From: an uncultured Ignavibacteriaceae bacterium
GTDB taxonomy: Bacteria > Bacteroidota > Ignavibacteria > UBA10030 > BY39
Reading direction: 5' to 3'
Assembly (NCBI GenBank): GCA_964581995.1
Contig: CAZOQB010000007.1
Location: 58,028-122,027, forward strand
DNA: 64,000 nucleotides
Shown here: positions 1 to 9,350 of the stretch, in pieces
How the letters are laid out: each line of letters opens with the position of its first letter
Position numbering within the stretch: the first letter of the stretch is position 1
Program-made: the position numbers and the translations under genes
The notes under the pieces: generated by a model
Seen by the model: the letters and a program-made list of their open reading frames with translations, nothing else
Told to the model about the DNA's origin: nothing
Databases searched by the model: none

Positions 1-2658
1 TACATCCAATCAATAAGAGATGTTGAGAATATAGTCGTATCTACAAGCTCAAGTGGAACGCCGGTTTACGTCAAGAATTTAGGTATCGTCCAGCTCGGCG
101 GAGATATTCGCCGCGGCTCGCTCGAAAAAAACGGAGAAGGTCAAGTCGTCGGTGGAATAGTTGTAATGCGCTACGGTGAAAACGCAAAAGATGTAATCGA
201 CCGGGTTAAAGAAAAGATAAAGGAAATTTCTCCAGGGCTTCCGAAAGGTGTCGAGATCAAAGCCGCATACGACCGCACCGATATCATTATGGCGGCAGTA
301 AATAATTTAAAAGGTACGCTTCTCGAAGAAGCAATCGTTGTTAGTATAGTTGTATTTTTATTTTTGCTTCACTTCAGAAGTGTGCTGCGAGTGATTATCG
401 AAATTCCTATTGCTGTGCTGATGGCTTTCATACTGATGAAAACTTTCGGAATCACTTCAAACATTATGTCGCTCGGAGGGATTGCGATTGCTATCGGTGT
501 AATTGTTGACGCCTCGATTGTGCTTGTCGAAAATGCGTACAGACATGTTGCAGAAGCACAAAAAGAAAAAGGAACGTTAACGAAAGAAGATTACATCGAG
601 ATCTCGATTCGGTCGGCTAAACAAGTTGGACCAGCAATATTCTTTTCAGTTGCGATTATGGTTGTTTCCTTCTTGCCTGTATTCTTGTTAGAAGGTCAAG
701 AGGGTAAACTATTCCGTCCTCTCGCGTTCACAAAAACATTTGTAATGATCGGTTCTGCGATTATAGCTATCACATTAGTTCCGATGTTGATGACGATGTT
801 AACCCGCGGTAAATTCAGAGGTGAGGAAAAACATCCTATCAGCAAAATATTAAATAAAATATATGCGCCCGTAATCCTTTGGGTTTTAAAATATCGCAAG
901 ACAACGATTGCGTTAAACATAATTGCACTTCTTATAACGATACCGATGATGACGAACATCGGTTCAGAATTTATGCCTCCGCTCGATGAACAGAGTTTGC
1001 TCTTTATGCCGGTTACGCTTCCCTCCGCTTCGATTACTGAAGTGAATAGAATTTTACAAGTTCAGGATGCAATCATAAAATCAGTTCCGGAGGTTGAATC
1101 TGTGCTTGGCAAAGCAGGTAAGGCAGAAACATCGACCGACAACGCACCCGTGAGTATGATTGAATCCATTATCATCTTGAAACCAAAAAGCCAGTGGCGG
1201 CCCGGAATTACAAAAGATGATATAATAGCTGAGTTGGATGCAAAACTTCAGATTCCCGGCGTGCGGAATGGCTGGACTCAGCCTATCATTAATCGTATCA
1301 ATATGCTCTCAACCGGTGTTCGCACTGACCTTGGAATAAAAATATTCGGTAAAGATTTAGATACACTCGAGCAATTAGCTATCAGAACCGAGAATGTTTT
1401 ACGCAAAGTTCCCGGCGCGGCTGATTTGTATGCTGAGCGAGTTCAGGGTGGACTTTTCCTCGATATCAAAATCGACCGCGAGGCGGTTGCTCGTTACGGA
1501 ATTAATGTTGGCGATGTCCAAGATGTAATCGAAACAGCCATCGGTGGCGAAAATATCGGAATGGTGCTCGAAGGAAGACAACGCTTCCCTATCCGCGTGC
1601 GTCTTGCAAAAGATTGGAGAAATAACCTCGATGCGCTTAATAATCTTCTGGTTCCGATTAAGTTGCAAAGCATTGGTAAATCCGGTGCTTCATCAATGTC
1701 AACTGCTAAACCGGCAAGCAATGGACAATCGAGTAGCTCTATGGGTTCAATGAGTAGTTCTACATCAACTCAAAATTCAAAATTCAAAATTCAAAACTCA
1801 AATTCACAATCCCAAATCTCACAACCTTCTGCTGTTTCTTCTCGCGGTTACATCCCACTTGCTCAACTCGCAAAAATCGAGATAGTCCCGGGTCCACCAA
1901 TGATATCGAGTGAGAACGCACAACTTCGTTCAATCGTTTATCTTAATGTTCGCGGGCGCGACATGGGAAGTTTTGTAAATGAAGCAAAAGAAGTTTTAAA
2001 CAAAGAGCTGATACTCCCTTCTGGTTACACACTTCAATGGAGTGGACAATGGGAAAATCAAATCCGAGCGCGTGAGCGATTGCAGTTACTGATGCCGATT
2101 GTTTTCTTCATCATCTTTGTAATGCTTTATTTTATTACTAAGGATTTTAAAGAAGCATTCGTAGTAATGCTCTCCGTTCCTTTCGCACTCATCGGTGGTG
2201 TGTATTTGATTTATTTTTTAGGATATAATTTCTCGGTTGCAGTGTGGATAGGATTTATTGCGCTATACGGACTTGCAGTTGAAACAGGAGTTGTAATGGT
2301 TGTATATCTCCACGAGGCACTCGATAAACGTTTTAGGTCATTTGAGCTTGGCAAGCGTGGACCACTCACGATGTTAGACATTACTGAATCGACGATAGAA
2401 GGTTCAGTGCTGCGATTACGCCCGAAGATCATGACAGTCGGGACGAGCTTGATTGCACTTCTACCGATAATGTGGAGTGCGGGTGTAGGTTCAGATGTTA
2501 TGCGTCCCATTGCCGCACCGATGATTGGCGGATTGATTACATCCACGATACATGTTTTGATAGTAACACCGGTTTTGTTCAGCTATATGAAGGAACGCGC
2601 ATTGAAGAAAGGAAAATTAGAAACTTCAAAAATGGCAAGCTGGATGAAAGAGAACTAA
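1..2658 (+). CDS. Heavy-metal efflux RND transporter, CusA/CzcA family (5'-partial; the frame is open from position 1, and the track's M at 166 is internal)
   Basis: Translation from nt 1 (…VYVKNLGIVQLGGDIRRGSLEKNGEGQVVGGIVVMRYGENAKDVI…) and the downstream TM-rich sequence with large periplasmic loops match the HME-RND architecture. Stop codon at 2656-2658. Carries an unusual S/Q/N-rich low-complexity insertion (about nt 1672-1848). Confidence 0.85.
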   Translation, partial: YIQSIRDVENIVVSTSSSGTPVYVKNLGIVQLGGDIRRGSLEKNGEGQVVGGIVVMRYGENAKDVIDRVKEKIKEISPGLPKGVEIKAAYDRTDIIMAAVNNLKGTLLEEAIVVSIVVFLFLLHFRSVLRVIIEIPIAVLMAFILMKTFGITSNIMSLGGIAIAIGVIVDASIVLVENAYRHVAEAQKEKGTLTKEDYIEISIRSAKQVGPAIFFSVAIMVVSFLPVFLLEGQEGKLFRPLAFTKTFVMIGSAIIAITLVPMLMTMLTRGKFRGEEKHPISKILNKIYAPVILWVLKYRKTTIALNIIALLITIPMMTNIGSEFMPPLDEQSLLFMPVTLPSASITEVNRILQVQDAIIKSVPEVESVLGKAGKAETSTDNAPVSMIESIIILKPKSQWRPGITKDDIIAELDAKLQIPGVRNGWTQPIINRINMLSTGVRTDLGIKIFGKDLDTLEQLAIRTENVLRKVPGAADLYAERVQGGLFLDIKIDREAVARYGINVGDVQDVIETAIGGENIGMVLEGRQRFPIRVRLAKDWRNNLDALNNLLVPIKLQSIGKSGASSMSTAKPASNGQSSSSMGSMSSSTSTQNSKFKIQNSNSQSQISQPSAVSSRGYIPLAQLAKIEIVPGPPMISSENAQLRSIVYLNVRGRDMGSFVNEAKEVLNKELILPSGYTLQWSGQWENQIRARERLQLLMPIVFFIIFVMLYFITKDFKEAFVVMLSVPFALIGGVYLIYFLGYNFSVAVWIGFIALYGLAVETGVVMVVYLHEALDKRFRSFELGKRGPLTMLDITESTIEGSVLRLRPKIMTVGTSLIALLPIMWSAGVGSDVMRPIAAPMIGGLITSTIHVLIVTPVLFSYMKERALKKGKLETSKMASWMKEN
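1771..1826 (+). repeat. Microsatellite-like run (CAAAATT/CAAAACT units) inside the RND gene, encoding the S/Q/N-rich low-complexity loop
   Basis: Direct reading: caaaattcaaaattcaaaattcaaaactcaaattcacaatcccaaatctcacaa. Confidence 0.6.
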
Positions 2659-2879
2659 ATATGAAATTAATTCAATTATTACAATCACGATCAATAAACT
2701 AAAAGGAGTAACAAATGAAATTACATAATCTGATCGCTCTGTTACTTGTTGTATTAGTATCAGTTTCAACGGTTCTATCACATCATGATATCAAAAAAAC
2801 AGACGCAGCGAAAGAAAAACAAAAATCTTGCTGCCCAAGCGACAAAGCTGTAAAGATTGAAACTAAAGCAGAAGGCAAA

Positions 2880-3120
2880 ACTTCGGACAGCACATCGTTG
2901 TGCGGACATTCGCTCCGCACTTGCGTGCTACGCTCATAAGCGTCCGCACAATGGGCGCGGGTTTCACCCTTGTTGTGCGAAACACGTTCGCTCCGCGAAC
3001 GTCGCACAACTGCGGGAACAATGGCAATGCGTGCGTTGCGCTCGTAAACCAAAAAACGGTTTCCGTGCTCACGCACTGCATTGTTCCCGCGCCCAAAAGA
3101 TGCAACACACAAACACGATG
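2880..3120. other. GC-rich (about 58% versus about 36% background) segment with nested inverted repeats and a duplicated TTGTGCG[G/A]A…TTCGCTCCGC motif; candidate structured RNA, miniature inserted element, or decayed Cys/His-rich coding block
   Basis: Hairpins read directly from sequence: gtgcgga-cattcgc-tccgcac; gtgcga-aacacgttcgctccgcgaacg-tcgcac with an inner cgttcgc/gcgaacg; aaacc-aaaaaac-ggttt; gcgggaacaatg…cattgttcccgc. All three frames are open for at most about 90 codons. Confidence 0.35.
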
Positions 3121-3386
3121 GCGACTCTGATTGCATGAAAAAAGAAACCACGAAAGAGCTGGAGAAAATAACTCAGAAGAAGGGTGATATATACGGATGC
3201 TCGATGTGTCCGAGTGTAAAGTCGGATAAACCCGGCAAGTGCCCGAAATGCGGTATGGCACTTGAAAAGATAAAACCCTCCGATAAGATAACTGCGATGT
3301 ATAGTTGTCCGATGCACCCTGAAATTACATCCGATAAAGAGGGAAAATGTTCGAAGTGCGGAATGAATTTAGAAAAAGTTAAATAA
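3081..3386 (+). CDS. Tandem HMBD (heavy-metal-binding domain) protein. The track start is a TTG; the first ATG is at 3135. Possibly the C-terminal part of the disrupted fusion above.
   Basis: Two copies of the Y(G/S)C(S/P)MCP/HP…KCxKCGM(A/N)LEK motif. Confidence 0.5.
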   Translation: MFPRPKDATHKHDGDSDCMKKETTKELEKITQKKGDIYGCSMCPSVKSDKPGKCPKCGMALEKIKPSDKITAMYSCPMHPEITSDKEGKCSKCGMNLEKVK

Positions 3387-3402
3387 CAAGAAAGAAGAAA
3401 AC

Positions 3403-3960
3403 ATGAAAACGAAAATATTATTCATCTTAATGATTGCTGTGTTTGGCATAACTGGCTGTTCTAAAAATTCTACTTCAATGATGGGGAATTCAGAGACAGC
3501 AAATTTCGCTTTGTACCCTAAGGACGGTGCAGCAGGAGTCCGCTTAGATGCTTCTGTCACTGTAAGTTTTGTTAAGTCAGTCGACCGAGCTGTGGTAGAA
3601 AAAAATCTGCATCTTATAAGTGAATTTGCTATGAATGATACCCTCTGCCCTATCAGCGATTCCATGGGACATGGAATAATGGATAATGCAATGATGGACT
3701 CTATGAAGATGAATCACCTGATGTCGCAACATCGTACATCGGGTAAATTCCAGTGGAATGGAAATAACACCCAATGCACCTTACAACCCGATTCTATGAT
3801 GATGCCGATCATGAGGTATATGATTCATATAGGCAGTGAAATGATAAAGATGATGGAATCACAAATGGGCGATATGAATATGATGGCAAATAATATGTTC
3901 TACCACTTTACAACTATTGACACGACCCAAATAGGAAATGAACACGATGGTCACCACTGA
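3403..3960 (+). CDS. Lipoprotein with an Ig-like domain and a Met/His-rich C-terminal region (putative periplasmic Cu(I)-binding protein)
   Basis: Lipobox ITGC. Met-rich motifs (MDNAMMDSMKMNHLM, MMMPIMRYM, MMESQMGDMNMM) and a terminal HDGHH; the composition resembles CusF/CopC/PcoC-type Met-rich copper sites. Confidence 0.55.
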   Translation: MKTKILFILMIAVFGITGCSKNSTSMMGNSETANFALYPKDGAAGVRLDASVTVSFVKSVDRAVVEKNLHLISEFAMNDTLCPISDSMGHGIMDNAMMDSMKMNHLMSQHRTSGKFQWNGNNTQCTLQPDSMMMPIMRYMIHIGSEMIKMMESQMGDMNMMANNMFYHFTTIDTTQIGNEHDGHH

Positions 3961-4019
3961 GATAAATAAAACCATAATACTTACATAATATTATTTCAAA
4001 AATTTTAGAGAGGTACTTA

Positions 4020-4619
4020 ATGAAACACATATTTTTCATTATCATCATTATCATCATTCTCATCGTTAGTTCATTCACAGGCTGTATGATGACGGGTGGG
4101 ATGATGCACAAAATGGACGACGATGGACACAAGGAAATGTCAGAAAACCTGATAAAAGAAATAGAGATAAATAATTATAAGATCACAGCCGAATTTCCAC
4201 CTTTATTTAATATGAAGGAAGTCACGTTCCGGATAAAAATCTATTCACTGAAGGATAGTATGGCTTCGACAGCATCTGTTCGACTTTTGATATCTCGAGG
4301 AGTCGAGCCATCGACCGAAATTGGGCATGAACATCATTCGGATGCTGTTCAATTCGACAAAGTCCTGGATAAAGATTCATCCGGGAATTATTCTGATACC
4401 TATCTTGTTAAAGCAACAAAGAATTTAAAGATATCTTATGTTATATCAGAATTAGAAGATGTAGTTTTGAAAAAACCGATAGAAATTGAAGCAGAACGGA
4501 GTGTTCACAACCCACAAAAACAAAATGGGATGTGGATGCATGATATTGGACCGTATGCAATAATAGGCGGTGTAGTTATGTTCACTATGATGGTATTTAT
4601 GGTGGGCAGAGTTTTCTAG
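4020..4619 (+). CDS. Membrane-anchored lipoprotein with an N-terminal Met/His-rich stretch, an Ig-like (FixH/YtkA-like?) domain and a C-terminal TM helix
   Basis: Lipobox FTGC followed by MMTGGMMHKMDDDGH. C-terminal hydrophobic helix. Sits between metal-binding genes and copA. Confidence 0.4.
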   Translation: MKHIFFIIIIIIILIVSSFTGCMMTGGMMHKMDDDGHKEMSENLIKEIEINNYKITAEFPPLFNMKEVTFRIKIYSLKDSMASTASVRLLISRGVEPSTEIGHEHHSDAVQFDKVLDKDSSGNYSDTYLVKATKNLKISYVISELEDVVLKKPIEIEAERSVHNPQKQNGMWMHDIGPYAIIGGVVMFTMMVFMVGRVF

Positions 4620-4727
4620 TTTGAATTAATGGAAGAAAAGTTTAAATTATAGCTGTTATACAAAGTTGTAAAGAAAATTAAATATACAATAAACAAACTC
4701 ATATTTACAAAACAAAAGGAGTAACAA

Positions 4728-5141
4728 ATGAAAATACGTAATCTGTTCGCACTTTTAGTGGTAGTACTAGTATCAGTTTCTATACTATTCGCACAAACTG
4801 AAACAAAGAAAACCGATGCAGCAAAAGATAAACAAAAATCCTGCTGCCCAAGCGACAAAGCAGTTAAAACAGATAAAGCTAAGATGGATCATTCAAAAAT
4901 GGCAAAAACAGAAAAAATACAAGCACACGGAGGCTGTGCCGATATGAAAGATCAGAAAGCAAGCGCCGATGATTGTGTAAAAGCCTGTGCCGATATGAAC
5001 CATAGCAAAGAATCAAAAGCGGACTGCGAAAAAACTTGCTCAGATAAAGTAACAATGAAAGAAGCCAAACACGATTGCACAGGTAAAGAATGCAGCCACG
5101 CAAGCCACTCAGATCCAAAGGATTGCGACAGTAAAAAATAA
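4728..5141 (+). CDS. Secreted Cys/His/Lys/Asp-rich small protein (about 11 Cys in 137 aa), putative periplasmic metal-sequestering protein; intact paralog of 2715..
   Basis: Sec signal peptide (LFALLVVVLVSVSILFAQT). Motifs CCPSDK, CADM(x2), CVKAC, CEKTC, CTGKEC. Strong SD sequence AAAGGAGTAACAAATG. Confidence 0.6.
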   Translation: MKIRNLFALLVVVLVSVSILFAQTETKKTDAAKDKQKSCCPSDKAVKTDKAKMDHSKMAKTEKIQAHGGCADMKDQKASADDCVKACADMNHSKESKADCEKTCSDKVTMKEAKHDCTGKECSHASHSDPKDCDSKK

Positions 5142-5142
5142 T

Positions 5143-5499
5143 ATGTTTAAGAATATATTAATCGCGTTGTTCGTTCTTGGATTATTGTCAGGTTGCGGAC
5201 AGAAACAAGCTGAACAACCGGCAGGAGTAAATTTTGAGACCACCACGATTAGTACCTCCTCGATTATGTGCGGTATGTGTGTAACCACAATCGAGAAAGC
5301 GGTCTCAGGTGTTGACGGTGTCGAAAACGTTAAAGTTGACCTGGAAAAGAAAACTACGACTGTAAAATTCAGCAAAGCAAAAGTAGATATTGCAGCACTC
5401 GAAAAATCGATATCTGAAGCCGGTTACGATGCAAACGAAACTCCGCGTAACCGTGAAGCATACGACGGTTTACCTGATTGCTGTAAAGATGGAAAGTGA
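5143..5499 (+). CDS. Lipoprotein with a heavy-metal-associated (HMA/CopZ-like) domain
   Basis: Lipobox LSGC. MCGMC metal-binding motif in the ferredoxin-like HMA fold position. C-terminal DCCKDGK. Confidence 0.65.
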   Translation: MFKNILIALFVLGLLSGCGQKQAEQPAGVNFETTTISTSSIMCGMCVTTIEKAVSGVDGVENVKVDLEKKTTTVKFSKAKVDIAALEKSISEAGYDANETPRNREAYDGLPDCCKDGK

Positions 5500-5527
5500 A
5501 ATAAAACATCTAATTTAAACACACTAT

Positions 5528-5563
5528 CACGCCAATGTGTAACCATCATTGGCGTTTTTATTT
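5528..5563 (+). terminator. Rho-independent terminator between the HMA lipoprotein gene and copA
   Basis: cacgccaatg…cattggcg stem followed by tttttattt. Confidence 0.5.
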
Positions 5564-5573
5564 GGAGATAAAA

Positions 5574-8015
5574 ATGCAACATATCGACCCTGTTTGTGGG
5601 ATGAAAGTCCATCCGGAAAAAGCCGCCGGAAAAAGCACATACAAAAATATCAACTACTATTTCTGTGCGGACGGGTGTAAAAAGCACTTCGATGAAAACC
5701 CTGAATTCTACTTGAATAAACAAGTTGCTGGAATGCCAATCCAGATTAATATGAAGCCGCTTACAAGTATTTCACTCGCTCAAAATTCCACTCCTTCAAC
5801 CAAAAAGGAAGTCTTAAAGAAGATTCAGCTTCCAATTTTAGGTATGAGTTGTGCCAGTTGTGTGTCGAGAGTCCAAGAAAGTTTGAGTAAATTACCAGGA
5901 GTTGTGAATGCTACCGTAAACCTTGCAACCGAAACAGCCACAATCCAATTCGATGAAACCAAAGTAAACACGAGCCACTTTAAACAGACTGTCGAATCTG
6001 TCGGATATAAATTAGCCGAAGTCCAGGAAGAAAATATCTGGGAGTTCGAAGAACAGGAGCATCAAAATCAATATGCTCAACTTAAAATTCGTTTTATTTT
6101 CAGCTTGCTTTTAACATTGCCCATCAGTATAATCAGTATGTGGATGATGCTGGAGCATTCTCCATTTTCTTTTTTAAGCCATCAGACGTGGAATTATATA
6201 TTTTTCCTTCTAACAATCCCTGTTTTATTTTGGGCAGGTGATCGTTTCTTTAAGGGCTTCTGGGTAACTTTGAAGCATCTCAGAGCTGATATGAATACTC
6301 TTATAGCGGTGGGTACATCAGTCGCTTTCTTTTATAGTTCAGCAATAACTTTTTTCCCAATTTATTTTACGTCAAGAGGACACAGTTTAAACGTTTATTA
6401 TGACACTTCTGCGGTTATCACTACACTAATTTTGTTAGGCAAATTATTAGAGATCCGGGCAAAGGGTAAAACCTCCGAGTCCATCCGTAAGTTACTTGGG
6501 CTACAACCCAAAATGGCATCGGTAATAAGGAATAGTGTCGAAATTCAGATTCCGATAGAACGTTTAGTCCTAAATGATATGGTTATTGTGCGTCCGGGTG
6601 AAAAAATACCAGTTGATGGAATAGTAATCGAAGGAGATTCGACCGTTGATGAAAGTATGGTAACCGGTGAAAGCCTCCCCGTTGATAAGCAAAAAGGAGA
6701 TGAAGTAATAGGCGCAACTATAAATACGACAGGGAGTTTCAAGTTTCAGGCAAAGAAGATTGGAAAAGATACGTTACTTTCTCAAATCGTGAAATTGATT
6801 GCGGAAGCGCAAGGCTCGAAAGCGCCCATCCAAAATTTAGTTGACCGTATAGCGGCTGTCTTCGTTCCAGCTGTAATCGGAATCGCATTACTTACGTTTT
6901 TAGTTTGGTATTTTGTTTTTGGTGTATTTTCGGATGCAATCATTAGTTTTGTTGCAGTGATGATTGTGGCATGCCCCTGTGCTTTAGGATTAGCGACACC
7001 AACTGCCATTATCGTGGGCACCGGATTAGGTGCTGAGAAAGGAATTTTGATTAAAAATGTCGACATTTTAGAAAAACTTAGAAAGACCAATGTGATCGTT
7101 TTCGATAAAACTGGAACAATTACAACCGGAAATCTGAATGTTACAAGCGTTTCCCATATTAGTCCATTCACAGAAGAAGAATTTCTACACTTCGCAGTTT
7201 CAGTAGAATCCCTTTCCGAACATCCGATTGCAAAAGCGATTGTTAGCTATTCAACTCAAAAAAATATTAATCCATCCAGAATAAATAATTTCAAATCTAT
7301 CACAGGTTTTGGTGCTCAAGGAGATGTGAATAATAAACATATTTGCATAGGGAACAAAGAGTTGATGGTGCAAAAAGGAATTGATACTCAATTACTTTCC
7401 ATAGAAGAATCTACACATCTGGGTAAAATACTTGTATATGTAGCGGTTGACGGCAAGCTTGCCGGTACAATTGGAGTAAGCGACATGCTCAAACTCGAAT
7501 CAAACCGAGCTGTTGTCGATTTGAAACGATTAGGTTTTAAAACTATTATGTTGACTGGCGACAATGAGACTACCGCTAACACTATCTGTAAATTGTCTGG
7601 GATAGATCAGTATTTTGCTAAAATGCTCCCTAAAGATAAGGTTGATAAAATTAAAGGACTTCAAGCAAACGGAAACCGTGTAATAATGGTTGGGGATGGA
7701 ATAAACGACGCACCGGCTTTGGTTCAAGCAGACGTCGGGATTGCTATGGGAACTGGAACGGATGTCGCAATCGAAGCGGGGGATATTACACTTGTTAAAG
7801 GTGATTTGAATACTGTAATTAAGGCAATAAAGCTTTCAAAAAAAACCCTAACTACTATATATCAAAATTTGTTTTGGGCTTTTTTTTACAACATCATTTT
7901 AATACCCTTAGCTGCCTTTGGTGTACTCGACCCGATGTACGCAGCGGGTGCTATGGCGTTAAGTTCGGTTTCGGTAGTCAGTAATTCGTTAAGATTGAAG
8001 AGAATGAAATTATAA
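5574..8015 (+). CDS. copA: Copper-translocating P1B-type ATPase with an N-terminal YHS/TRASH domain and an HMA domain
   Basis: Start chosen at the ATG at 5574, which follows GGAG. N-terminal [10 protein letters not shown]…[12 protein letters not shown] (YHS). [11 protein letters not shown] (HMA). [25 protein letters not shown]. The track ORF start at 5535 overlaps the upstream terminator. Confidence 0.9.
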   Translation: MQHIDPVCGMKVHPEKAAGKSTYKNINYYFCADGCKKHFDENPEFYLNKQVAGMPIQINMKPLTSISLAQNSTPSTKKEVLKKIQLPILGMSCASCVSRVQESLSKLPGVVNATVNLATETATIQFDETKVNTSHFKQTVESVGYKLAEVQEENIWEFEEQEHQNQYAQLKIRFIFSLLLTLPISIISMWMMLEHSPFSFLSHQTWNYIFFLLTIPVLFWAGDRFFKGFWVTLKHLRADMNTLIAVGTSVAFFYSSAITFFPIYFTSRGHSLNVYYDTSAVITTLILLGKLLEIRAKGKTSESIRKLLGLQPKMASVIRNSVEIQIPIERLVLNDMVIVRPGEKIPVDGIVIEGDSTVDESMVTGESLPVDKQKGDEVIGATINTTGSFKFQAKKIGKDTLLSQIVKLIAEAQGSKAPIQNLVDRIAAVFVPAVIGIALLTFLVWYFVFGVFSDAIISFVAVMIVACPCALGLATPTAIIVGTGLGAEKGILIKNVDILEKLRKTNVIVFDKTGTITTGNLNVTSVSHISPFTEEEFLHFAVSVESLSEHPIAKAIVSYSTQKNINPSRINNFKSITGFGAQGDVNNKHICIGNKELMVQKGIDTQLLSIEESTHLGKILVYVAVDGKLAGTIGVSDMLKLESNRAVVDLKRLGFKTIMLTGDNETTANTICKLSGIDQYFAKMLPKDKVDKIKGLQANGNRVIMVGDGINDAPALVQADVGIAMGTGTDVAIEAGDITLVKGDLNTVIKAIKLSKKTLTTIYQNLFWAFFYNIILIPLAAFGVLDPMYAAGAMALSSVSVVSNSLRLKRMKL

Positions 8016-8027
8016 AAAGTATCTAAC

Positions 8028-8060
8028 AAAACAGCCTATGCGACTGATAGGCTGTTTTTT
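8028..8060. terminator. Bidirectional rho-independent terminator between convergent copA and ccmE
   Basis: aaacagcctat-gcgactg-ataggctgttt followed by tttt. Confidence 0.6.
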
Positions 8061-8061
8061 C

Positions 8062-8451
8062 TTACATCTGTTTTACGGGAGCATTCGGATCGGTTTCATA
8101 TTTCGATGGACACTTAGTCAATATCTCAGACGCAAAGAATGCGTTATCTTGATATTTACCTTTTACAACTACACTCGTAGCTATCTCGAAATTATTAGGT
8201 CTGGCTCCTTTAAAAACTACAGGTAGGGTTTTTCCACCTTCATCTTTTAAGTAAAAATGAAATTCACCTTTCTCTAAATCAAAGGTAGTTGGTTGGTCCT
8301 TCACCCACTCGCCCTTCACTTGAATCTTCTTTGATGTTTCAATTGCTTTACTGAATGTACCATATTCAATATTACTCTCTAGGAACGATGACGCGCCAAA
8401 AGCAATTGCAACGATAATTACGATTACGGCTATTATAACTTTTATATTCAT
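8062..8451 (-). CDS. ccmE: Cytochrome c-type biogenesis heme chaperone CcmE, CxxxY variant
   Basis: N-terminal TM anchor plus OB-fold-like body. C-terminal LTKCPSKYE sits where the canonical HxxxY heme-binding motif lies. Located in a ccmABCD cluster. Confidence 0.75.
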   Translation of the reverse strand: MNIKVIIAVIVIIVAIAFGASSFLESNIEYGTFSKAIETSKKIQVKGEWVKDQPTTFDLEKGEFHFYLKDEGGKTLPVVFKGARPNNFEIATSVVVKGKYQDNAFFASEILTKCPSKYETDPNAPVKQM

Positions 8452-8460
8452 AAAACTATC

Positions 8461-8595
8461 CTAATCTATTTTAATTTTATCTTCTAGTCTTTTAATTTTT
8501 TTTTCCAATGTCCAAAGGTATCCGAAGATACCGACCCAGCAAATAAGGACTATGGCTAAAACAATGTATAATGAGTTTTGTGAAAAGAATTCCAT
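8461..8595 (-). CDS. ccmD: Small single-TM protein, probable heme exporter protein CcmD (absent from the ORF track, 44 aa)
   Basis: My manual minus-strand translation gives MEFFSQNSLYIVLAIVLICWVGIFGYLWTLEKKIKRLEDKIKID. Its start overlaps the ccmC stop (TAATG). Position between ccmC and ccmE. Confidence 0.5.
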   Translation of the reverse strand: MEFFSQNSLYIVLAIVLICWVGIFGYLWTLEKKIKRLEDKIKID

Positions 8596-9284
8596 TAAAC
8601 TTCCTCTTTGGTTTGTTGATGATAGTCGAGACGAGCGAATCTCATTCTTAAATTAAACATCCAGTAATAAATACCTGTGAAAGCTGAAAGCGACGATAGG
8701 AAAATAATTAGCATCATTGGGTTCATATGGATTTTTGCTTGTGGATTCACTATTGGATCAGGATGCAAGCTTGATACTATGCGCGGCATAATAAATATGA
8801 AAAAAGGAACTGTTACGCCAGCAATTATAGAGTACACAGCCGAGAGAGAAGCCCGTTTTTCATCAACTTCAATAGATGATCTAAGCGCGAAATATGCCCC
8901 ATAAATCAATAATAGAACAAAGATTGATGTTTGCCTTGGATCCCAATTCCAGAACGCTCCCCATGTAAATTTAGCCCAAATTGCACCCGTTACAGTGGCG
9001 AGTATGCAAAACATAAAGCCCAAACCAGCCGCAGACACTGATTTAAAGTCGTTATTGATGTCTTTATTCCGGAGATATTTAATTCCGTAAACCATTGAGG
9101 ACAGAAAAGCTAAGACCGTAACCCACGCGACGGGCACATGGAAGAATATGATGCGGGCTTTATCTTCAAGTCCCGGAACGACGGGTAATTGATACCACTT
9201 AGAGGGTTGTGGAACCATCGGAAGCGCAAGCCCTGCGATAATTATTAATGTGAGACCTATAAACAGAACAATTTTAAATTTCAT
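8595..9284 (-). CDS. ccmC: Heme exporter protein CcmC
   Basis: WGAFWNWDPRQTS tryptophan-rich motif; multiple TM helices. Confidence 0.85.
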   Translation of the reverse strand: MKFKIVLFIGLTLIIIAGLALPMVPQPSKWYQLPVVPGLEDKARIIFFHVPVAWVTVLAFLSSMVYGIKYLRNKDINNDFKSVSAAGLGFMFCILATVTGAIWAKFTWGAFWNWDPRQTSIFVLLLIYGAYFALRSSIEVDEKRASLSAVYSIIAGVTVPFFIFIMPRIVSSLHPDPIVNPQAKIHMNPMMLIIFLSSLSAFTGIYYWMFNLRMRFARLDYHQQTKEEV

Positions 9285-9350
9285 AACGAATTCTTGATAG
9301 ATGTTTTTTTAAAAATACAAAAATGAAAGCTATTGAGCAAATAACTGTTT

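Larger units (their letters stand above)
2715..3386 (+). pseudogene. Apparently disrupted fusion gene: Sec signal peptide plus Cys-rich module (paralog of 4728..5141), followed by two tandem heavy-metal-binding domains (HMBD); the frame is broken by a GC-rich hairpin island
   Basis: The N-terminus MKLHNLIALLLVVLVS…KKTDAAKEKQKSCCPSDKAVK is about 80% identical at the nucleotide level to the start of 4728..5141. In-frame stops at 2937 and 3046. The downstream same-frame ORF (3081..3386) has two YxCxMCP…PGKCPKCGM.LEK repeats, typical of PF19335-like HMBD. Confidence 0.4.

Noticed and set aside
696-2546. Antisense or alternative-frame ORFs inside the RND gene (696..959 -, 1399..1668 -, 1494..1721 -, 1544..1753 +, 2211..2546 -)
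   Set aside because: Embedded in a strongly supported long CDS; low-complexity or compositionally odd translations.
2715-2939. Treating 2715..2939 as an intact small gene
   Set aside because: It ends inside the GC-rich island, far short of its 137-aa paralog. More likely a truncated or disrupted N-terminus of a larger fusion gene.
2857-3261. Three overlapping ORFs inside the GC-rich island (2857..3138 +, 2900..3130 +, 2863..3261 -) as independent genes
   Set aside because: Mutually overlapping in all frames, atypical composition, no RBS. Better explained as a consequence of the GC-rich segment (see finding).
5535-5573. Track-proposed upstream start of copA ([13 protein letters not shown]…)
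   Set aside because: The extension overlaps the terminator hairpin of the preceding gene and has no RBS. The ATG at 5574 is preceded by GGAG and begins directly with the YHS domain.
6545-7727. Minus-strand ORFs inside copA
   Set aside because: Shadow ORFs of a well-supported P-type ATPase gene.
8038-8226. 62-aa plus-strand ORF
   Set aside because: Overlaps the terminator and the ccmE coding region on the opposite strand.
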